NCBI GenBank assembly: GCA_051294375.1
Contig: CM119269.1
Span: 5,816,050-5,880,049 of the forward strand
Direction of reading: 5' to 3'
Source of the DNA: Paraspadella gotoi
Taxonomy: Eukaryota > Animalia > Chaetognatha
Length of the DNA: 64,000 nt
The notes under the pieces are model-generated. The model was not told the DNA's origin and did no database searches. It was given only the letters and a program-made list of their open reading frames with translations. Below are positions 55,778 through 64,000 of the stretch, piece by piece. Position 1 is the first letter of the stretch. Each line of letters starts with the position of its first letter. The position numbers and the translations under genes are program-made.

Positions 55778-56757
55778 TTGTAACTCGGAATTTTTGGTTG
55801 CATTAAGAGTCCAACCCCGTTTATTTAAAACGATATGTTGTGAATAGAAAGGTGATATCTGTCCCTTAAGTTTTTGTCTCATTATTTAATCATTTTTAAA
55901 TGTTTGTACAATGTACATTGCACTTTTTACACTTTTTAAATTATAAAAATTCGAAATGTTTTAGATAATAATAACTATAAATAATGAGATAAAAAGATTT
56001 AAAATCATCCTTATTAAAAAGTCAGCAATAATAAAGATAGAAATGAACCACCAATGTTTTATTAAGGCATGTAACGATATTACGTGACGTCCTCGTCGGG
56101 TCCTCAAGAGCGACGTCATGAGTGACGTTATCAAGGTTTCGGTTCATGTGAAATAAAAGAGCAATCATTAGCATACAACTTCGAAGGCGCCACCCAACAG
56201 TTATTAAATTAATAGAAAGTTAGTATAAATCACTACAAAAATATAGTTGACACGGAGTTGCCAACTCGTGCCAGCCTATTGGAGAGCAATCCAGAACATA
56301 AATTCTAGTATGTATGTATGTATGTATGTCTTTTCAGTGTGTTAGGGAGAAGTACCCAAGTAAATTGTTTAAAAAAACAATATCGTGTCGGCGTGGGTGT
56401 GATTTTAAGTGTGTGAGAGATAGAGAGAAAACAAGAGAGAAAGAAAAGGGAAGAAGAAAAAAGAGAGCGATTTACAAGAAGAGAAACGAATTTGGCATTG
56501 AAATGGAAATGCATCGGGGAAAGCCTGGGATTTAAATTGAACTTCCACGCAAATAATCTTATTGAAAAAAAGAGAGACTGGGTTTAAGCTCATTAAGGTC
56601 TTTTGTTTTTCCCCGGAGACGCGAATAAAAGGGCAACGCGACGCGCATCCGCCATCCCGTCCTCTTTTTATTATCTGGCTCCGACGCGGGGAAAACGTTT
56701 AGGATATTTTTTTTTCAAGAATAAGTTACGAAGTAAAATTATATCACGAATTGTAAA

Positions 56758-57970
56758 ATGTATACCAACTGCGCCCTTGTTTTACAACTAGTCATCGGCG
56801 TTTGGTTGCTGGTAAGTTTAAGCGATGGAGAAATAAGAAATTAGAAATAAGAAATTTTAAAAACGTTTTAAACTTAACTGTCAACGATTCTATATTGTTA
56901 AGATGGGTTTTGGTAAGGCCTCAATTATCTTTCCCCCACTACTAGTTCTTCTCCCTCACCCTAAAAGTCAACCGAAACCAAATTCCATTTCCCGTAAATG
57001 ATTAAACGATGAGACCAAAGACAGAAAATTGGAGGGGGGGGAAACTTAAAGCGAAATCGGAGCCCGTTTGACTCGGAGAATGACCCCGGAACTGACCCCG
57101 GGAACTGAGCCGGAACTGACGCGGGAATTGACCCTGGAAATGAACCCTGAAAGACGAACGACTGACTCTTATGGATCCGAAAAGACGAAAAGTGAAAACT
57201 GACTTATAACCGACCCTGAACTTACCAGAGACTCACCCTTCACCCTCTTTCGTCTCCAAGGCCGATTCATACGGTTGTCCCGGGTCCATGATGCCGCAGC
57301 AGCAGCAGCAGCAACCGAATCCGTTTATGAGTCACGGAAAACGAAGTCTCCGGAATTTTGAAGTGGATCCCAGATGCTTGGAAGACTGTCTCGACAAAGT
57401 TCAGGTTAGCGGGGTAAGCACTGGAATGATCGGAGAAAGGAATCGCAACTAAAAACGGCCAGAATTAATGATGGTTATTTCACGTTAGATTTTCTGCTCG
57501 AGTTTTAGAAAAACGTGTTATATATAAATTTAAATGTATTGATTTTATTAATAATAATAACTACTGTAGGTCTCATGAATATGAATTTTTTTTTATTCAA
57601 CCTTATTTTTTTTTTTTTTTCTCCACTCAATCACTTAAACTTAAACTTCATTGAATAAACCTTTTGTTTTTGTTTTTCTCTCTTTTTTTTAATTAATTTA
57701 TAATTAACAAAGATCAGCTGGAGAATAATTTCGCTTTCACCAGAATCTCACTTTTAAGAGGATCTCACTTCTATTCGCTTTACGTCGTAAATTACGAGAA
57801 TATTATTTTTACCACTCTCTCTCTCTCTCTCTCTCTCTCTTTTCCTCTCACTCTCTCAGAGCTCAATGGAGTCATTGCCCTCGATTTCCTCCGCCACCGA
57901 TGCGTCGCCGTCTTGGGAAACCGTGTGCCGCGACATCTGTCGAGAATCGAGGGAATTCGCCGTCGACTGA
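56758..57970 (+). CDS. Small secreted prohormone/neuropeptide-like precursor, 102 aa; exons 56758-56811, 57261-57404, 57860-57970
   Basis: Two phase-0 GT-AG introns give MYTNCALVLQLVIGVWLLADSYG-CPGSMMPQQQQQQPNPFMSH-GKR-SLRNFEVDPRCLEDCLDKVQSSMESLPSISSATDASPSWETVCRDICRESREFAVD*. It has a hydrophobic N-terminus, a GKR site and twin CX3C motifs. Confidence 0.7.
57080..57152. repeat. 12-13-bp degenerate tandem repeat (TGACCCCGGAAC) in an intron
   Basis: About 6 diverged copies. Confidence 0.65.
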
Positions 57971-58648
57971 TCTTTTGTCTGTCGGATTTAGAGTCTATCA
58001 GCCCGCGACACCTTTAGGGACGCAAGGGAATGAACGTTTTACCCCAATTGGTTTCTTTGTTTTATTGTTGTTGAGTCTAAGGCCCCGGGGAAAAAATTGC
58101 AGGAAAGGGAAAATACATTAGGTCTATTTTTTGCGACAATTTTCTAGCTACTATCGATCTGTGTTTAAATTTTGTTGTTACATACTGTATACTGTTATTA
58201 AAAGCTATCTATCATCCTTTTTTATTTTCATTTCCTATTTATTTTTTCTTTCAGAAATCAGTCTGATAGGTCCTAATTTTTATAGAGTAGAAAGTCGAAC
58301 GACTGTAGCTAATTATGATATCAAAAACGAAAAACGCCAGACCGATCCACAGAGATTCAACACCGCATTTTGGCCGACGATGTAGCGACTGCCACCGATC
58401 ATAAAATAAATCAAAGAAAAATCGAAAAAGTCAGAATCGATGTGCACGTTTTGTCTCTCGAGGCTAAGGGTACGACAGAAGAAATCAGTTGAAAACAAAG
58501 CGTTTATTTAAAAGATGTTGTAATAAGTTTTCGCTGAAAACTCAAAAGTACTCTAAAAGGTAAACCATAATACTTAAATTTATAATTATACGATCTTTTC
58601 GTAATTTATTCCATTTTGTGTTTTCAGTCCGAAAAAAAAAGAACAAAG

Positions 58649-59170
58649 ATGCTGAATCTCAAAAGTCGTAAGATCCTTTTATTTTTATCATTTGTTGTCG
58701 TTGTCGTCGTCGTCGTCTTCACTCTCAAAATCAAAAAAACTGATTTGAAAAAGTTTTTAGATGCCGATAACTCGGCCGACTCCACCTCTCATCCGGCGCC
58801 CATCGGCGTCCTTAATCGCCTCTACGCCAGCCTCAGCGACGCCGGCGTCCGCCTCTTTCTCACCGAAACCAGCGACTTGCTCAAAGCGGCGCAAAGACAA
58901 CTGGTCGGCTCGCTTTTCTCGATCCCAACGTCTTCGTTCAACGTTTCGGCGTCTTTGGCGAAGACGCCGACGCCCTGAACGAAGCCCTCGCCGACTTTGG
59001 GAAATGCGGCGCGGCGGAGGCGCCGTGCGGAGCCGAGGTCCGCATCGGGCGGCAGACGGAAGACGGCGTCCTCGTGAATGTCCTCGTGGTCATTGAGTCG
59101 ACGCCGCATCCGAAGGGTCAAATCCTTACCGACGAGAAAGAGATCGAGAAACACGAGAGCCTTGACGACG
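58649..59170 (+). CDS. Gene or pseudogene of unknown function; exons 58649-58667 and 58761 to about 59170, frameshift near 58912, 3' end unresolved
   Basis: ATG..C|GTAAG and TTTTAG|AT join in phase 1. The strong GAC/GCC/GTC codon bias switches frame near 58912. Candidate donor G|GTGAAG at 59170/59171. Confidence 0.5.
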
Positions 59171-59211
59171 GTGAAGCAGCTGCTCATGCAAGTTCGAACC
59201 CGGGGATTCGA

Positions 59212-59280
59212 GTCAGGGGCAAGATTGCTTATTTATTAAAGGAATGGATAATTTTTATATTGGTTGTACCAATTTCATAG
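59212..59280 (-). repeat. Dispersed repeat copy 3 (family of 853-1060)
   Basis: Reverse complement is nearly identical to 853-920. Confidence 0.7.
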
Positions 59281-59790
59281 ATGGGTAAAGTGAGTACAAT
59301 TTTTTTCGATGAACAACGCCGAACAAACTAATTTTAAAAATTCACAAAAATCCATGAGTCTGGCAAAATAAGGCAAAATTGAAAACGCTTTTTTTCAGTC
59401 AACGCCATCTTTTCTGACGTCGTTTTAGTTTAAACCAAAAATCACGGAGTCGGAAAGGTCCCAAAATTGCCGCGACATTAAAGTCTCTTATCGCGAGAAA
59501 AAACAGTCGCGACTTAACTTAGTTTTGAAAGTCGTAGGTTTCGAAACGACTGTTTCTCAAATGATTATCTTTTTTCTTCGTTATCGCAATGACGCCGCCG
59601 CCGCCGCCGCCGGAGCCGCCGCCGCCGCCGCCGCCGCAGCCGGAGCCGTCGTCGTCTTCCTCGCCGTCTTAGTCCCTATTGAGTATCGTTCGTTCGTTGA
59701 ACTTTTTTATTCGAATTTCGTGTCAAAGATCATGTAACGCCATTAAAAATAAAAAAAAGCAGCCACTCCCGTCACTACAACAATCTAAAA

Positions 59791-61515
59791 ATGTCGACGG
59801 CCTTCACTCGTTTCCGTTCGTTGCTTAGCAACCGCGACGCCGATCCTCCGCTGATCGAAGGCGAGGCGGTGCCGCCGTGGGAGAGTACGACGACGCCGCC
59901 GACAGAGTCCCAATCGGAATCCGGATTCGTCAGCGGGCGACAAATCTCCACGATTTCCGGCGGCGTTGTGTTTCCCGCGAACAAGGCGTCGCCGGTCGCC
60001 GCCGGCGCCGCGACGCCCTCCGCCGGCACCTCGTGGTACGTCTCCGTGTTTCTCGTCGTCAACGCGGCGCTCGGATCGGCGCTGCTCAATTTCCCATGCG
60101 CCTTTAACGAAGCGGGCGGCGTCGTCGCCGCACTGGGTAGGCGTGGCTAAAGTAAAACCGTGAGGCTTATTATTTAATAATTTGACGAGGCGGTGTTTGA
60201 TACCTCACCTGCTTAAATATGATAGAAAAGTGAATCGAACAAAGATAATTGAGAGTGACGGTGGTCGAGATAAAAACGAACATGATGAATAGATTTATTG
60301 AAATCAGAACAACGATTTATTTATATTTATAATTAATTATACCCAAAAAAAATATTTAAAAAGGAAAGTAGAAACAAATAAATTCGAGCCAACAGAATTC
60401 TGAATAGGAGAAATGAATAAATTACAAACGAGAGATAAAATCCCCCACGCTCTTTTTCAAGGCGTTCAGACGGCGCTACTCGTGGTCGCCGTCGCGACGC
60501 TAGCGATCCTAGCGGTCTGCGCCGACGCCAACAACGCCGCGACTTACCAAGACGTCGTCAGCGCCTCACTCGGAAAAGTCGGTCACGTGATCTGCGCACT
60601 GGTGGTCGTCCTTTACTGCTTCGGGACCTGCGTTACTTTTTTGATCATCATAGGTGAAGTGTGGATTGTGTCTTAAAAGAATGAAAAGTAGAGGAAGAAA
60701 AGAAGGGAAGGTTGATCGGTGAAACTCACTACTTCTCACTACTTGTATCGGAGAGTATGTATCAATGGGATTGCCACTCCTGTTTGGCTTCACTCATTTT
60801 ATAAGTACCCACTAGAACCATCACTCCGAAGCGGCTTTACTTTTTTCTGTCATTCCACCGTTAAGACTCCCACTTATATTAATTCTTTTTTCCATTCTTT
60901 CCTCCTTCGAAAGCCAGTTGGCTCAATAGTTCCTTTTTAAAGCTGTTTACTTCCCTGTTTCACTTCGCTCTTGCGTGAGACTCACTCTTAACTGCTTAGA
61001 TTCCTGTCTTCACACGTGACCATCACCCCTAACCTTCGCCCCCTCACCCCTTCTTTCACAAGGCGATCAATGGGACCGGTATTTCTACAGCTTTAATAAC
61101 TATTTCTGTCACACCTGGTGGAAGAGACGGACTTTCACCATCACAGTCTCGTCCGTAATCTTCATCCTTCCTCTTTGCTTCTCCAAGAGAATCGACTTTC
61201 TCAAGTACGTCTCGGCCTTTGGAGTCTTGGCCGTCGTTTACATCAACTTCTTGCAGGTCGGGTGTGGGTGAGTTAAGATTTGTTCAGCCTGCGAGGGTCA
61301 CATTTTGTAAATAAAAGGTTAAATTGGGAACAGTTTTAAACGAGATTTCAGTTTTATGTTTTGACACATACACAATGTCAAACGACGGGCTAAACTGAAA
61401 CCGATAGGGCACACAGGCTCCCTCAAGCACGCAGATTATAGTGTGACAGATGTTGACGACATATCGTAATGTTCAAACCGAGAAGGCATTTTGTATTAAT
61501 AGGACAAAGGTAACG

Positions 61516-61586
<71 letters not shown>

Positions 61587-62704
61587 CTGACTACGACTTC
61601 CTCTTGTTAATTGTTGAACTTCAAAGGTCGCTTTTAACTGGTTGCCTTTGCAAGAACCAATTTGTTTTCCATTCATTGAGTTCAGTTCATTTAACTTTGC
61701 GATGTTAATCCCATCGATTTGACCTCCAGAGCAGGCTGGAGCGACTTCTTTCCATTTTCGTCGACAAAAAAAAAATATTTTTCATTCTTAATCTTGAATG
61801 TTCTTCTGTAATTTCTAAAATGTCAAATTCATGTCATTTTTTTCCCCACCGATTTATGCCGGATTTATTCATCTTCATTTAATTTTGTAATTTATCTTCT
61901 TCCTTCGTGATTCCCCGTCTTTTTTTATCCGGAGTAAAATGTCACTCGGCAATTAGAGTCGATGATCGTTAAATTTATTGAATCATTAAGTTTAACTACG
62001 AAAGAAAACTAGAGATTTATTATCGCTTTTAAAGTCGCGAGATCTTTTAATTTCTTAGCAAAGAGGAAAAGAAATTAATATCATTGTATTCCCCATATTT
62101 TAAAAATACTGAAATGAAAACAAAATTCGAATTTGTTTTTAGACTTCTTATTTAAAATTANNNNNNNNNNTGTATTCCCCATATTTCGAAAATTCGAATT
62201 TGTTTTTAGACTTCTTATTTAGAATTAAATACTTAATACAAAATAATTTTACCACGTCCACAGATATACAAATTTTACGAAGGAGTCGACCCAAAATACG
62301 TGGGTGAGGTGAAGACGAAACCCGATCACTGGACGGATCTTTTTCTCGTCGCCCCTACCATATTTTTTGGGTAATAAATATTTAATTAAGGTTGATTTCA
62401 AACTTGAGTTATTTCGAGATCTTTCTTCGTACCCCCATGACCCCCACCACCCTCGCATCCCCATTCCCAGCTACCAATGTCACGTGAGCGCGGTGCCCAT
62501 CTACTCTTGCCTCCGCAACCGCAGCGTCGCCGAATTCCTGAAGACCGTGTTGACGGCGATGCTGGTCTGCATGGCGACTTACTCTGTCGCCGCCGTCTAC
62601 GGGTACCTTACCTTCGGGTCAAAAGTCTACGACGACATCCTTACCAACTACGACGCCAGCGATCCGCTCGTGTCAGTGGCGCTCATCGCGATGGCGCTGA
62701 AAAC

Positions 62705-62762
<58 letters not shown>

Positions 62763-63114
62763 TAGATAGATAAGATAGATTAGATAGATGATAGATAGAT
62801 AGATAGATAGATAGAGAATAAAACTTTACTTCATAGAAATACCAACTTAAAAAAATAAACTTACCATTCTAGCTACACGACCTACCCGCTCCTAATATTT
62901 TGCGGAAGAACCGGGGTCGAATCGTTGTGGATAAAAGCGCGCCGCTTGACGCCGGGTCGTGCCGCCAAGGGAGAGTTGGTGCGACGCATTGTGACGGTTG
63001 TCACGTGGTTTGTCGGCACTGTCGTCGTCGCCGTTTATTTGCCGGGAATCGATTCCGTCATTCCGGTTCTGGGTGAGAAGCTAAAATAGAAAGAAAAGAT
63101 AGAAAGAGAGAAAA

Positions 63115-63206
<92 letters not shown>

Positions 63207-63673
63207 AAAAAAGAAGTAAAAACGTGAATTTAAAAAAAAAGGGTTCCGAACAAGCTAACCCACCCAACTATCCAACCCACCCGCCCTTCAACTACCTTGT
63301 CTCCCTTCAATCCACAGGCGCCTTCGCCACGACCTTCATCGTCATCTTCCCAGGTCTTTGTCTCCTCCAAATCGTCCTCAAACGCGCCGACGCCGCCGCC
63401 TTGGGGGTCGACGTCGGCGCCGTCGATCGACTCAAGATGCGCAACGTGTCTCGAGCGACGCCGCCCACTTTCGACGGTGCCGCCTCCTTCGGAGCCTCGT
63501 CGTTCGGCGCCAGCATCAACTGGGCGCCGGAAACGGTCGTCGCCCGGCGGAAGAGAACGGCGCTCAAGTGTCTGGCGATTTTCTTGATCGTTTTCGGATT
63601 TTTTATTCTCGGAATCATCGTCACCAACGGATTCATGCAGCACTCGGTCAAGACGCCGCTCTGCAGCTACTGA
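59791..63673 (+). CDS. SLC38A7: Sodium-coupled neutral amino acid transporter, SLC38A7/8-like, 542 aa; exons 59791-60136, 60462-60653, 61063-61256, 62264-62370, 62471-62704, 62873-63072, 63318-63673
   Basis: Six GT-AG introns join in frame (1629 nt). Motifs: VFLVVNAALGSALLNFP, TYQDVV, FGTCVTFLIIIGDQ, ILPLCFSKRIDFLKY, PTIFFGYQCHVSAVPIY, GYLTFG, TTYPLLIFCGR, FIVIFPGLCL. Confidence 0.93.
63085..63212. repeat. (AAAG)n microsatellite in SLC38 intron 6
   Basis: Direct observation. Confidence 0.95.
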
Positions 63674-64000
63674 CGGCTCGGTCCTGCGGGGCAGAGGGTG
63701 CTGCGGTTGGCTTTTATTTAATACGTTCCGTGTAAAATATCGTTTATTAGAAATAATATCTCGAAATAAGACATTGGTTATTTAAACGAGTGATCTCAAA
63801 ATTTTTTTCCAATTTTTTTCTTGGCTCGCGATTTTAGCGAACCTANNNNNNNNNNTTTCGCAAAAGTCCGTTTCAGAATTATGAAAAATTAGTTTTTATT
63901 GTGAAAGAGAAAACAAAGTTTGTTTTTTGAAATTTGATTACTATTAGAGAGATTAAACGGGGGAGAATAGAGAAAGGCCAGAGAGAGAGAGAGAGAGAGA

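Noticed and set aside
59171-59280. C-terminal extension of ORF 59074..59280
   Set aside because: It runs past a likely donor and into a dispersed repeat copy.
62085-62228. Direct duplication in an SLC38 intron
   Set aside because: The copies flank a 10-N gap, which suggests a contig-overlap artefact.

Overview
Eukaryotic (invertebrate-animal-like) genomic DNA from a draft assembly. It is AT-rich, full of (GA)n, (GATA)n, (GAC/GAT)n and (GCC)n microsatellites, and has several N gaps and probable indel errors. Most short ORFs in the supplied track are microsatellite artefacts. Genes I could splice by hand, all on the + strand: (1) an LRRK2-like ROCO kinase (4 exons, 24701-35843, about 2684 aa, with one 7.5-kb exon carrying ARM-ANK-LRR-ROC-COR-kinase-WD40); (2) an 8-exon RDH/DHRS-type short-chain dehydrogenase (51109-55485) with a GC-AG intron and a 1-nt frameshift; (3) a 3-exon, 102-aa secreted prohormone-like precursor absent from the ORF track (56758-57970); (4) a small frameshifted gene of unknown function (58649 to about 59170); (5) a 7-exon SLC38A7-like amino-acid transporter (59791-63673). 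Mobile DNA: a miniature LTR element (TRIM) whose LTRs contain a tRNA-like Pol III module (11791-12503) plus a related solo LTR with a 4-bp TSD, a decayed Ty3/Gypsy relic, four DINE-1/Helentron-type non-autonomous elements, TIR elements with telomere-like interiors, a 64-bp hAT MITE, and several minisatellites. All family assignments come from motif recognition only; no database searches were run.
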